Below, one piece after another: positions 33,361 to 45,683 of a stretch of DNA of 64,000 bases (positions are counted from its first letter, which is position 1; each line of letters begins with the position of its first letter). The DNA lies in the NCBI GenBank assembly GCA_964658375.1, contig CAZZYU010000002.1, positions 5,282 to 69,281 on the forward strand, read 5' to 3'. The position numbers and the translations under genes were made by a program. A model generated the notes under the pieces. It was not told where the DNA came from, did not search any database, and was given only the letters and a program-made list of their open reading frames with translations. This DNA comes from an uncultured Acetobacteraceae bacterium (GTDB taxonomy: Bacteria; Actinomycetota; Thermoleophilia; Solirubrobacterales; Solirubrobacteraceae).

Positions 33361-33463
33361 GTTCCGTCCGTTCCCTTTCCCGTGCTGACAGAACGTATGT
33401 TCGCATGCGCGGCGGACGGAAGACCCTGGCGCAGGTCCGAGGCGGTGACCCGTCTCGGTCGGG

Positions 33464-35230
33464 TCAGACCGTCGTCTCCAGCCGCGACACGACGGCGCGG
33501 TAGGCCTCACGGGCGCGCTCACGCTCGCGGGCGAGCTCGCTGCTCGCCTGACCCTCCACCCGGGCGCGGCGCACCGCGCGTTCCAGGCGCTCGAGGTCGA
33601 GCAGCAGCCGGGCGTGCTCCAGGCGGTCGGGGCTGGCGTCGGGGATCCGCCCGGCGAGCTCGACGAGGCCTGACATCGCCCGCGCGAACCGCTCGTCGTC
33701 GGCGGGCAGGTCGGCCAGCGGGGTGCGCGTGTGCGCCCGCAGGTGGGCGGCGGCGCGGCGCAGCAGCTCGGAGGTGAGCAGCTGCGCCACCTCGGCGTCG
33801 GCCAGCACGGCGGCGCCGGCGTCGGGGACCGCGATGCACAACGCGAGGAACAGGCGCTCGCCGCGCGGCCCGGCCTCCGGCTCGCGTGTGTATTTGACCG
33901 CCGCGGCGCCCTCCACCAGCCGGGGCGGGTCGGCCAGCAGGGTGTTCAGGCGCTCGTCGGAGAGCTCGAGCGTCCCGGCGACGCGGCGCACGAGCTGGTC
34001 GCGCAGCACGCTGGGCGCCAGTCCGGCGAACGCCGGGGCCAGCTCGGCCAGGGCCCGGTCACGGCCCTCGGCGCTGCGCGTGTCGGCGTGGGTGAGGATC
34101 CGCTCGACGTTGAAGGCGACGAACGGCACCGACTCCCCGACCCGGTTGCGCAGGCCCTCCGCGCCCTCGCTGAGCGCGAGGTCGGCGGGATCCGCGCCTT
34201 CGGGGAGGACGACGACGCGCAGCTCGATGTGGCGCCCGGCGGCGAGGCGGGCCGCGCGCAGCACGGCCTCCTGGCCGGCGCTGTCGGCGTCGAGGCAGAG
34301 CTCCAGGACGGTGACGACCCGCTCGAGCTCGGCGAGCTGCTCGGCGGTGAACGAGGTGCCCATGATCCCGACCGCGTTGCGGATGCCCGCCTGGTGCAGC
34401 GCGAGCACGTCGGTGTAGCCCTCGACGAGGATCATGCGGCCGGCCTTCGCCGCATCGGCACGGGCGTGGTCGATTCCGAACAGCACCTCACGCTTGTGGT
34501 AGAGGTCGCCGTCGGGCGTGTTCACGTACTTGGGCAGGCGCTGCTCCTCGCGCATGCGCCGCGCTCCGAAGCCGTGCACGCGCCCGCGGGCGTCGGTCGC
34601 CGGGAAGATGATCTGCTCGCGGAAGAAGTCATACGCGCCGGCGCGGGATTTCTCCGAGCGGCGGATCAGCCCGACGGCGACCATCTCGTCCTCGGTGTAG
34701 CCGGCCCGGCGGGAGCCGGCGAGGATCCGGTCCCAGGCGTTGGGCGCATAGCCGATGCGGAAGCTGCGCAGCGTCTCCTCCTCCAGACCACGGCCGGCGA
34801 GGTAGTCACGCGCCGCCTGTGCCTCCCCGGCCTCCCACAGGTACCGGGCGTAGTAGGTGGCGGTGCGTTGCAGGAGCTCAAACAGCCGCTCTCGGCGCCG
34901 GCGGGTCTCCGCGTAACGGGGATCCTCGTCGACGACCTCCAGCGCGACCCCGAACCGGGTGGCCAGCGACTCCAGGGCGCCCTTGAAGTCCAGACCCTCG
35001 GTCTCCATCACGAAGCGGAAGGCGTCACCGCTCGCCTGGCAGCCGAAGCAGTGATACAGCTTCTCGTCGGGGCTGACGTGAAACGAGCCGGTCCGCTCGT
35101 CGTGAAACGGGCAGTTGCCGAAGTAGCTGTTGACCCCGGCCCGGCGCAGCTCGGTGCGCGAGCCGACGAGGCTGACCATGTCGATCGCCTCGAAGACGCG
35201 GTCGCGGGAGTCGGTCGCGTAGCGGGTCAC
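33464..35230 (-). CDS. dnaG: DNA primase
   Basis: 588 codons from GTG 35230 (GTGA overlap with the dgt stop). Zinc finger CPFHDERTGSFHVSPDEKLYHCFGCQASGD and Toprim motif LVEGYTDVLALHQAG. Confidence 0.9.
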   Translation of the reverse strand: MTRYATDSRDRVFEAIDMVSLVGSRTELRRAGVNSYFGNCPFHDERTGSFHVSPDEKLYHCFGCQASGDAFRFVMETEGLDFKGALESLATRFGVALEVVDEDPRYAETRRRRERLFELLQRTATYYARYLWEAGEAQAARDYLAGRGLEEETLRSFRIGYAPNAWDRILAGSRRAGYTEDEMVAVGLIRRSEKSRAGAYDFFREQIIFPATDARGRVHGFGARRMREEQRLPKYVNTPDGDLYHKREVLFGIDHARADAAKAGRMILVEGYTDVLALHQAGIRNAVGIMGTSFTAEQLAELERVVTVLELCLDADSAGQEAVLRAARLAAGRHIELRVVVLPEGADPADLALSEGAEGLRNRVGESVPFVAFNVERILTHADTRSAEGRDRALAELAPAFAGLAPSVLRDQLVRRVAGTLELSDERLNTLLADPPRLVEGAAAVKYTREPEAGPRGERLFLALCIAVPDAGAAVLADAEVAQLLTSELLRRAAAHLRAHTRTPLADLPADDERFARAMSGLVELAGRIPDASPDRLEHARLLLDLERLERAVRRARVEGQASSELARERERAREAYRAVVSRLETTV

Positions 35231-36291
35231 GGCGCGACGAACGCGACCGGAACGCTGAGGTCCTCGAAGGCGCGGATGCAGAAGCGGTCGGTCATCCCGG
35301 CGATGTAGTCGGTGACGCGGGTGGCGAGCTCGCCCGGGGGGATCGAGTCGGGGATCTCCTCGGGGTGGGCGCAGTAGCGCTGAAACAGCGCCCCGATCAC
35401 GAGGTGGATCTTGGCGTGCTCGCGCGTGGCCACCGGGCCGAGGTAGACGTGATCGAACATGAACCGTCGCAGCGCCGCCATCGCGCCGCCCACCGCCTCC
35501 CCCTGGACGATCTCCTGGGCTCGCGCCGACTCCTCGACGAGGTCGTGGACGAGGGTGTCGATCCGCTGGGGCCCGGTGTCGCCGAGGATCGCGATCGCCT
35601 CCGCGGGCAGGTCGGCTGGATCCAGCACGCCGGCCCGGACGGCGTCGTCGATGTCGTGGTTGATGTAGGCGACGCGATCGACCAGGCGCACGATTCGCCC
35701 CTCCAGCGTGGCCGGCTGGGCCGCGCGCCCGGAGTGGGTGACGATCCCGTCGCGCACCGGCTCGGTGAGGTTGAGGCCGCGCCCGTCGCGCTCCAGGTGC
35801 TCGACGACCCGCAGCGAGTGCTCGTAGTGGCGAAAGCCGCCGCCGAAGCGCCCCCGCAGGCACTGGTCAAGCGCCTCCTCGCCGACATGCCCGAACGGCG
35901 AATGGCCGAGGTCGTGGGCCAGCCCGATCGCCTCGGTGAGGTCCTCGTTGAGCGCCAGCGCCCGGGCGACCGTGCGCGAGACCTGGGTCACCTCCAGGGT
36001 GTGGGTCAGCCGCGTGCGGTAGTGGTCGCCGATCGGGGCCACGAACACCTGGGTCTTGTACTTCAGGCGCCGGAACGCCTTGCAGTGCACGATCCGGTCG
36101 CGGTCGCGCTGAAACGGGGTGCGCAGCCCGCAGTCGGACTCGGGCACGGCGCGGCGGGCCGGGTAGGAGTGGACCGCGAGTGGGGAGAGCTCGGCGCGCT
36201 CCCGGGCCTGGATCCGCGCCGGGTAGGCGGCGGCCACCGGCCCCCCGGGGTGCGTGTGAGCTCCGATCGCGGTCGTGTCCGGCACAACCAC
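35227..36291 (-). CDS. dgt: dGTP triphosphohydrolase-like HD protein
   Basis: 354-aa ORF with RTPFQRDRDRIVHCKAFRRLKYKTQVF, HYRTRLTHTLEV and AHDLGHSPFGH. Confidence 0.9.
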   Translation of the reverse strand: MVVPDTTAIGAHTHPGGPVAAAYPARIQARERAELSPLAVHSYPARRAVPESDCGLRTPFQRDRDRIVHCKAFRRLKYKTQVFVAPIGDHYRTRLTHTLEVTQVSRTVARALALNEDLTEAIGLAHDLGHSPFGHVGEEALDQCLRGRFGGGFRHYEHSLRVVEHLERDGRGLNLTEPVRDGIVTHSGRAAQPATLEGRIVRLVDRVAYINHDIDDAVRAGVLDPADLPAEAIAILGDTGPQRIDTLVHDLVEESARAQEIVQGEAVGGAMAALRRFMFDHVYLGPVATREHAKIHLVIGALFQRYCAHPEEIPDSIPPGELATRVTDYIAGMTDRFCIRAFEDLSVPVAFVAP

Positions 36292-36338
36292 GATTCTGAC
36301 AGCGCCGCGGCCGATTCCGGCGAACTGTCACACAGTTG

Positions 36339-37061
36339 TCACGCTGCCAGCAGCGGTCGCAGGCGCACGCCCGAGTGATGCTCGGTCGTCTCGCCGATCG
36401 CGCGCTCGACCTGGCGCAGGATCCGCTCGCTGCCGTCCGGAGCCTGGGCCAGCGGCGAGCCCAGGGCGCCGACGAGGAACCGGTAGGCCTCCTCGTCGAG
36501 CGGGAACGAGGCCGCCTCGCAGGCCATGCACACGACGCCGCCGGCGGCACCGGAGAAGCCGCGCAGGTGCTCGGGCTCGCCGCAGACCGCGCAGGCCGCC
36601 AGCTGGGGCACGATCCCCGCGGCGAGCAGCAGCTTGAGGCGAAACGCCAGCCCGTTGCCGGGACGGGCGTGCCCCGGGTCGAAGCTGAGCAGCGCCAGCT
36701 CGTTGGCGAGCAGATGAAACACCTCGGGGTGGGGATCAGACGTCTCAAACAGCCGGGTCACGGCGTCACAGGCGCGCGCCGCGACGTCGAGCGTGGCGGC
36801 GTGGTCACGCAGCCCGGCGTGGGTGGCCACGGTGTCGACCCCGGTCACCGTGAGCAGCTCGCTGCGGCCCTCATGCAGCTGGGCATCGACGCGCAGGAAC
36901 GGCTCCAGGCGGGCGCCGAAGCGGCTGCGCGAGCGGCGCGCGCCCTTGGCGATCGCGCTCAGGCGGCCGTGCTCGGGCGTGTAGAGATGCAGGATCCGGT
37001 CGGCCTCGCCGTAGCGGATCGAGCGCAGCACGATCGCCTCGGTCCTCAGCGGACCCGGCAT
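36339..37061 (-). CDS. recO: DNA repair protein RecO
   Basis: 240 codons from ATG 37061 behind GGGGGAGGG. N-terminal OB-fold pattern EAIVLRSIRYGEADRILHLYT and Cys cluster CAVCGEP...CMAC. Confidence 0.85.
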   Translation of the reverse strand: MPGPLRTEAIVLRSIRYGEADRILHLYTPEHGRLSAIAKGARRSRSRFGARLEPFLRVDAQLHEGRSELLTVTGVDTVATHAGLRDHAATLDVAARACDAVTRLFETSDPHPEVFHLLANELALLSFDPGHARPGNGLAFRLKLLLAAGIVPQLAACAVCGEPEHLRGFSGAAGGVVCMACEAASFPLDEEAYRFLVGALGSPLAQAPDGSERILRQVERAIGETTEHHSGVRLRPLLAA

Positions 37062-37100
37062 CTCATGCCCTCCCCCGCCTTGGCTATCCTTTGTGAAGTC

Positions 37101-37355
37101 ATGAAACCGGTCACGGTCTACACCACCGAGCACTGCCCGTTCTGCACGAGCGCCAAGAAGCTGCTGGCCAAGCGGGAGATCGAGTACACCGAGATCAATC
37201 TGGCACGCGATCCGGATGGTCGCGCTCAGCTGACGCAGAAGACGGGGATGTACACCTTCCCCCAGATCGTGATCGACGGCGAGTCGATCGGCGGCTTCCA
37301 GGAGCTCCTGGCCGCCGATCGCGCCGGGCGTCTGCCCGAGCTGCTCGCCGCCTGA
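37101..37355 (+). CDS. Glutaredoxin
   Basis: 84 codons: MKPVTVYTTEHCPFCTSAKKLL...TFPQIVIDGESIGGFQEL (CPFC active site, Grx3-like). Confidence 0.9.
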   Translation: MKPVTVYTTEHCPFCTSAKKLLAKREIEYTEINLARDPDGRAQLTQKTGMYTFPQIVIDGESIGGFQELLAADRAGRLPELLAA

Positions 37356-37366
37356 CAGAGACGGCG

Positions 37367-37966
37367 TTACGCCGTCGAGTGCTGATCGCTGTCGCCCAGC
37401 GGGCTGTCGTCGTCCTTGTGCGGCGAGAACGGCGTCTTGACATCCGTACTGGAGTCGCCGTTGGTCGGTGAGTCGCCGCGCGTCGTCGCGGTGTCGGGGT
37501 GATCGGCCTCGTCGGGGCGCTTCACTTCACCGCGCCATCCGGCGGGCTGTCCGCCGCCGTGCTCGACCATCTCCTTGAATCGCCGCAGATCACCCTGGAC
37601 GCGCCGGTCGGGGGCTCCGAGCGCGCTGCCGATCTTCTCGACGATGCCCTCGGGGACGAAGTCCATCTGCACCATCACCTTGGTCGTGTCCTCACCGAGG
37701 CGATGGAACGTCACGACGCCGGCGTTGTCGGTGCCGTCGACGTTCTTCCAGGCCACCCGCTCGTCGGGCTTCTGCTCGGTCACCTCGGCGTCCCACTCGT
37801 GGCGATGGCCGGCGAACTCGGCGACCCAGTGCAGATGGGTCTCGTCGAGCTGACGAACCTCGGTGACGCCCTCCATGAACTCGGGAAACTGCTCGAACTG
37901 GGTCCAGTGGTCATAGACGGTGCGCAGCGGGCTGCTCACTTCGATGGACTCTTCGATCGCGGACAT
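37367..37966 (-). CDS. SRPBCC (cyclase/dehydrase-like) family protein with a disordered acidic/polar C-terminal tail
   Basis: 199 codons from ATG 37966 behind GAGGAG. Core sequence VYDHWTQFEQFPEFMEGVTEV...WDAEVTEQKPDERVAWK. Confidence 0.75.
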   Translation of the reverse strand: MSAIEESIEVSSPLRTVYDHWTQFEQFPEFMEGVTEVRQLDETHLHWVAEFAGHRHEWDAEVTEQKPDERVAWKNVDGTDNAGVVTFHRLGEDTTKVMVQMDFVPEGIVEKIGSALGAPDRRVQGDLRRFKEMVEHGGGQPAGWRGEVKRPDEADHPDTATTRGDSPTNGDSSTDVKTPFSPHKDDDSPLGDSDQHSTA

Positions 37967-38025
37967 GCGGAACTCCTCATTTGTGTCATTCGTATAGAGA
38001 GGCGCTACCCGATCTGAAGGGCCTC

Positions 38026-38892
38026 TCACGCGGGCCGCACCGGGCGCCGCCGCGGGCGCCGCGCCGGGCGGGGGCGCGGCTGGCAGCGTTCACAGACGTA
38101 GGTGCCGCGGCCGCCGACGACGAGCTTGCGGATCGGAGTGCCGCAGCGCACGCAGGGCTCCCCCGCGCGCAGGTGCACGAGGAACTGGTCCTGAAATGAG
38201 CCGTGGGCGCCGTCGACATGGCGAAAGTCGTCGATCGTCGCTCCCTTGGCCTCGATCCCGGCGGCCAGCGCCGCCTCGATCGCCGCGTGCAGGTCCTGCA
38301 CCTGGCGGCCGCGCAGCCGGCCGGCGGCACGCAGCGGGTGGATGCCGGCCCGGAACAGGGCCTCGTCGGCGTAGATGTTGCCGACCCCGGCGATCCGTCG
38401 CTGATCGAGCACGAAGCTCTTGACCGGGGCCGTGCGACCACGCGCCGCGGTGGCCAGGTAGGCGCTGGTGAAGGCCGCGGTGAGCGGCTCGGGCCCGAGG
38501 CGCGCGTCGAGGTAGAGATCACGGGCCGCGGTCCCGTGCAGCAGGTGGCCGGTCCCGAACCGGCGCGGATCGACGGAGAGCAGCCGGTGGCCGTCGTCGA
38601 GCGTGAACCGCACGCGCGTATGCAGCGGCGCCACCGGTGGATCGAACAGCAGCGTGCCCGTCATCCGAAGGTGCATGAGCATGAACAGCTCGCCCGAGAG
38701 CTCCCAGACCAGGTACTTGCCGGCGCGGCTCAGGCGCTGGATCGTCGTGCCCCGGATCGCGGCCGCCACCTGCTCAGGCGTTGCGGGCTGGGTCCAGCGC
38801 GGGTCGAGGATCTCGACCCGGGCCAGCGCGCGGCCCTCCAGATGAGGGGCGAGCTGGCGGCGGATCGTCTCCACCTCAGGCAGCTCGGGCAT
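38026..38892 (-). CDS. mutM: Formamidopyrimidine-DNA glycosylase
   Basis: N-terminus MPELPEVETIRR and C-terminal zinc finger CVRCGTPIRKLVVGGRGTYVCERCQ. Confidence 0.9.
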   Translation of the reverse strand: MPELPEVETIRRQLAPHLEGRALARVEILDPRWTQPATPEQVAAAIRGTTIQRLSRAGKYLVWELSGELFMLMHLRMTGTLLFDPPVAPLHTRVRFTLDDGHRLLSVDPRRFGTGHLLHGTAARDLYLDARLGPEPLTAAFTSAYLATAARGRTAPVKSFVLDQRRIAGVGNIYADEALFRAGIHPLRAAGRLRGRQVQDLHAAIEAALAAGIEAKGATIDDFRHVDGAHGSFQDQFLVHLRAGEPCVRCGTPIRKLVVGGRGTYVCERCQPRPRPARRPRRRPVRPA

Positions 38893-38952
38893 GCCCGCTA
38901 TCTATAGCCCGCGGCGCAGCTCAGGTGGTCAGGGCGCTGCCGGACACGCGCG

Positions 38953-39390
38953 TCAGGCGAGCCCATCCCACGACCAGTGGGGGATCGCCAACCCGTCGGG
39001 GACGTCGTCGCGGGATCGCTCATAGCGATTGACCGTCGGCGTGGCCCAGGCGAAGTACTCGTGGAGCACCCGCCGCAGCTCTCCGGTGATGCCGACATCG
39101 GCCATCGCCTCGTCGAAGCATGCGATCGCGCGACGGTTCATCTCGTCATGGGGACCGTTGCCGCTGTGCTCTCGCACCACGAACGACTCATCGCCGTAGG
39201 CCGCCGAGTAATCCGCGGGCCCGCCCAGCGCCTCACTCCAGTAGGCGGCCAGGCGCTCACTGTGATCGGCGCGGTAGCCGTGTGAGAAGGCGTGGGAGAC
39301 GACCTCATCGGCCATCACCCGCTCGTGCCAGGCCAGCGCCAGGGCCATCAGCCCCTCACGTTCGCCCGCCGCCTCGTAGACCGAACGCAT
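38953..39390 (-). CDS. Globin-like (truncated-haemoglobin family) protein
   Basis: 145-aa ORF. Pattern HERVMADEVVSHAF...LAAYWSEALGGPADYS resembles group II/III truncated globins. This is a by-eye assignment. Confidence 0.55.
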   Translation of the reverse strand: MRSVYEAAGEREGLMALALAWHERVMADEVVSHAFSHGYRADHSERLAAYWSEALGGPADYSAAYGDESFVVREHSGNGPHDEMNRRAIACFDEAMADVGITGELRRVLHEYFAWATPTVNRYERSRDDVPDGLAIPHWSWDGLA

Positions 39391-39398
39391 CGCGTCGG

Positions 39399-40361
39399 TC
39401 AGCCGGACTCGGCGGGCCGGTCGATCTGGGCCCGTGGGTGAGCGTCGAAGTAGACGTCGCGCAGCCGCTCGGTCGTCAGATGGGTGTAGATCTGGGTGGT
39501 GCCGATGTCGGCGTGGCCGAGCATCTCCTGCAGCGAGCGCAGGTCACACCCGCCGGCCAGCAGGTGCGTGGCGAAGGTGTGGCGCAGGGTGTGGGGGCTC
39601 ATCCGCCCCCCGAGGCCCGCAGTGGCGGCGTGGCGCTGGACGATCTTGTACAGGCCCTGGCGCGACAGCCCACCACCGCGCAGGTTGACGAACACCCGCG
39701 GCTCATCCCCCAGGCCGACCAGCGGCCGTCGGGCGTGCTGCAGATAGTCGCTGAGCGCGGCGACCGCCGCCGAGCCGACCGGGACCAGGCGCTCCTTGGA
39801 GCCCTTGCCGCGGGCGCGCAGGATGCCCGACTCGAGGTCGAGCTCGGAGAGCTCGAGGGTGATCGCCTCCGTGGCGCGCAGCCCGCAGGCATACATCGTC
39901 TCCAGCAGCGCCCGGTCGCGCAGCGCGCCCGGCGAGCTGCCTCGCGGCTGGGCCAGCAGCCGGTTGACCTCGTCGCGGGTGAGCACCATCGGCAGCCGCC
40001 CGGGGGACCGCGGCGGGCGCAGCTCGGCGGTCGGGTCGTCGTCGCGGATCTGCTCGCGGCGCAGGTGGCGGTAGAAGGAGCGCAGGCAGGCGATCTTGCG
40101 CTGCAGCGTCGCCGGGGCGACCGGCGGCCGGCCGTCGCGGCCCACGGCCAGCTCGGAGACGAACGCCGCCAGGTCGACCGGCGTCGCCTGGAGGGGGTCG
40201 CGATCACGGCGGCCGAGGAACAACCCGAACTGCTGCAGGTCGGAGCGGTAGGCCTCCAGCGTGTTGCGCGACAAGCCGCGCTCGAGCTCGAGCGTCGCCA
40301 GGAAGTCGAGCGTGAGCTCGGTGAGTCGCCGCTGGGCGGCCGGGACGTCGGCGATCGCCAT
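39399..40361 (-). CDS. xerD: Site-specific tyrosine recombinase XerD
   Basis: 320-aa ORF with LSRNTLEAYRSDL, ACGLRATE, HTLRHTFATHLL and LGHADIGTTQIYTH. Sits in the conserved nudix-xerD context. Confidence 0.85.
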   Translation of the reverse strand: MAIADVPAAQRRLTELTLDFLATLELERGLSRNTLEAYRSDLQQFGLFLGRRDRDPLQATPVDLAAFVSELAVGRDGRPPVAPATLQRKIACLRSFYRHLRREQIRDDDPTAELRPPRSPGRLPMVLTRDEVNRLLAQPRGSSPGALRDRALLETMYACGLRATEAITLELSELDLESGILRARGKGSKERLVPVGSAAVAALSDYLQHARRPLVGLGDEPRVFVNLRGGGLSRQGLYKIVQRHAATAGLGGRMSPHTLRHTFATHLLAGGCDLRSLQEMLGHADIGTTQIYTHLTTERLRDVYFDAHPRAQIDRPAESG

Positions 40362-40436
40362 CTGCGTGAGTCTCTTTCGGCGGCGGCCCCTGGCTCTCCT
40401 GCTCGGAAGCGATCCGCGGAGCGCCGCGCGTGAGGC

Positions 40437-40968
40437 TCAGAGCTCGCCGCGCAGGCGAGCCCGGGCGAGCCACAGCAGCGCGATCCCGGTCTTCGCGTCC
40501 TCGGCCTCGAGGATCGCGGCGTCGAGGTCGTCCAGCGGCCACGGCACGATCTCGATGCGCTCCTCCTCGTCGGCCGCCGCCTCACCGGAGGTGTCGCTGA
40601 GGCCACGGGCCAGGTAGAGCCACACGCGCTCGTCGGTGAAGCCGGGGCTGGAGTAGAAGGCGGCGATCTCGCTCCAGTCGCGGCCCGCCTTGCCGATCTC
40701 CTCGTCCAGTTCGCGCTGGGCGGCGGCCAGCGGCGGCTCGCCGGGAACATCGAGCTTGCCGGCCGGGATCTCCAGCGAGGCGGTGAGCCCCGAGACCTCC
40801 CGGGGCTGGCGGGTGAGCCAGACGACCTGCTCGTCGACGGCGAGGATCCCGACCGCACCGGGATGCCAGACCTTGTCACGGGCGACGATGGCGCCGTCGC
40901 TATGGCGATAGTGGGCGACGCCGGCGGAGACGACGGTGCCCTGCCAGGCCACCTCGGAGCCGATCGGC

Positions 40969-40982
<14 letters not shown>
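40437..40982 (-). CDS. NUDIX hydrolase (ADP-ribose pyrophosphatase-like)
   Basis: 181 codons from ATG 40982 with Nudix box GKLDVPGEPPLAAAQRELDEEIG. Confidence 0.85.
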
Positions 40983-43931
<2,949 letters not shown>

Positions 43932-45626
43932 TCATGCCGCCCGCAGAAGCTCACGGGCATGCTCGCTGGCCGCGGTGTCGTGCTCGGCGGCCCCCATCAT
44001 CCTCACCAGCTCCTCGACGACGGCGTCGCCGTCCAGGGCGGTGACCGTCGTCGTCGCCGGCGTGACCGTCGCGTCCTTGACGATCGTGAAGTGCGACTCG
44101 CCGACCGCCGCCACCTGCGGCAGATGGGTGATGCAGAGGATCTGACGTCCGGCCGCCAGCGCGCGCAGATGCTGCCCGACCGCCCGCGCGGTGTGCCCGC
44201 CGACGCCGGCGTCGATCTCGTCGAACACGAGCATCCCGCCGCCGTGGCGGTCGGCGTCCGGCTCGCCGTGGGCGACGCTGAGCAGGGCGAGCATCACCCG
44301 CGACAGCTCTCCGCCCGAGGCCACCTCGCGCAGCGGGGCCAGCGCCTCGGTGGACCCGCCGTTGGTCGCGATCTGCATCTCGACGGCGTCGGACCCGCGC
44401 GATCCGCACCCGCCCTCGCGCGGGGCCAGCGCGATCTCAAACCGGGCGTCGGCCATCGCCAGCTCGCCGAGCCGGCCGCGCACTTCCCGGGCCAGCCGCG
44501 GCGCCGCCTTGGCCCGGGCGCGGCTGCACCGCTCGGCGAGGCGGTCCCGGTCCTCTCGCACCCGGGCCAGCTCCAGCGCCACCGCCTCCAGATCGGATTC
44601 GGCGCCGACCAGCTCCGCGCGCCGGGTCGCGCAGCGGGCGGCGTGGGCCAGCACCTCGGTCACGCTGCCCCCGTGCTTGCGCTCCAGGCGGGCGAGCAGG
44701 GCCAAGCGCTCCTCGACCTCCTGCAGCCGCGCCGTGGCGTCGGCGTCTCCCTCGCCCGCGAGGCCGAGCAGGTAGGCGTGCAGCTCGGCGCCGAGATCGG
44801 CGGCCTCGTACTGCAGCGCGGCCAGCCGCTGCGCGAGCGGCGCGAGCGTGGGGTCGATCGCCGCGGCGGACTGCAGCTGGGCGGCGGCCGAGGCGATCAG
44901 CTCGACGGCCCCGGATCCGGTCTCCGCGCTCAGCGACTCGGCGCCCGACGCCGCGGCCCGCGCCAGCTCCTCCTGGTGGCGCAGGCGGTCACGCTCGGCG
45001 GCCAGCCGCGCCGGCTCGCCCTCGGTGGGGGCGGCGGCCTCGATCTCGTCGAGCTCGAAGCTGAGCAGATCAAGCTCGCGCTCGCGCGCCCCGGCCAGCT
45101 CGCGCAGCCGCGCGGCGCGCTCCTCAAGCTCACGCGTCTGGTCGTGGGCGGCGCGCAGCCGCTCACGCAGCCGCCGCTGGGCCGGCCCGCAGAACGCGTC
45201 GAGCAGCTCCAGCTGGGCGGTGGACAGCATCAGCCGCCGGTGCTCGTGCTGGCCGTAGAACGACAGCAGCGGACCGCCGAGCTCCTGCAGGTCGGCCTGA
45301 GTGGCGCTGCGACCGCACACGTAGGCGCGCGTGCGCCCGTCGGGCGACACCCGCCGGGCGAGCACCAGCTCCTGCGCGCCCTCGGGGATCCGCTCGTCGC
45401 CGATCAGCTCGGCGGGCAGGTCGAACACCCCCTCGACGTAGGCCTCGGCGGCGCCCGGGCGCACGATGCCGCGCCGCGCGCGACCGCCGAGCAGCAGGTC
45501 GAGCGCATGGGCCAGCAGCGTCTTGCCCGCGCCGGTCTCGCCGGTGAGCACGTTCAGGCCGGGCCCGAGGCGCAGCTCGGCCCGTTCCATCAGCAGCAGG
45601 TTCTCGACGCGCAGCTCGTGCAGCAC
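43932..45626 (-). CDS. recN: DNA repair protein RecN
   Basis: N-terminal Walker A LTGETGAGKT, long coiled coil, and C-terminal SGGELSRVMLAL / LVFDEIDAGVGG. Confidence 0.9.
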   Translation of the reverse strand: MLHELRVENLLLMERAELRLGPGLNVLTGETGAGKTLLAHALDLLLGGRARRGIVRPGAAEAYVEGVFDLPAELIGDERIPEGAQELVLARRVSPDGRTRAYVCGRSATQADLQELGGPLLSFYGQHEHRRLMLSTAQLELLDAFCGPAQRRLRERLRAAHDQTRELEERAARLRELAGARERELDLLSFELDEIEAAAPTEGEPARLAAERDRLRHQEELARAAASGAESLSAETGSGAVELIASAAAQLQSAAAIDPTLAPLAQRLAALQYEAADLGAELHAYLLGLAGEGDADATARLQEVEERLALLARLERKHGGSVTEVLAHAARCATRRAELVGAESDLEAVALELARVREDRDRLAERCSRARAKAAPRLAREVRGRLGELAMADARFEIALAPREGGCGSRGSDAVEMQIATNGGSTEALAPLREVASGGELSRVMLALLSVAHGEPDADRHGGGMLVFDEIDAGVGGHTARAVGQHLRALAAGRQILCITHLPQVAAVGESHFTIVKDATVTPATTTVTALDGDAVVEELVRMMGAAEHDTAASEHARELLRAA

Positions 45627-45683
45627 GTCGCAGGTTCTACCGCTCCCGCCGGACAGAACAGATGTTCGCCCGCCGTCGCGTTG

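Noticed and set aside
33447-33465. Hairpin GACCCG-N7-CGGGTC as the dnaG terminator
   Set aside because: The stem includes the dnaG stop codon and has no U-tract. It is also upstream of the HNH gene start region. The evidence is too weak to call.
39399-40361. Tyrosine recombinases (also 55137..56153) as markers of an integrated mobile element
   Set aside because: Both sit in the conserved housekeeping contexts of xerD (after nudix) and xerC (after dprA). There are no flanking direct repeats, no phage or plasmid genes, and no compositional break.
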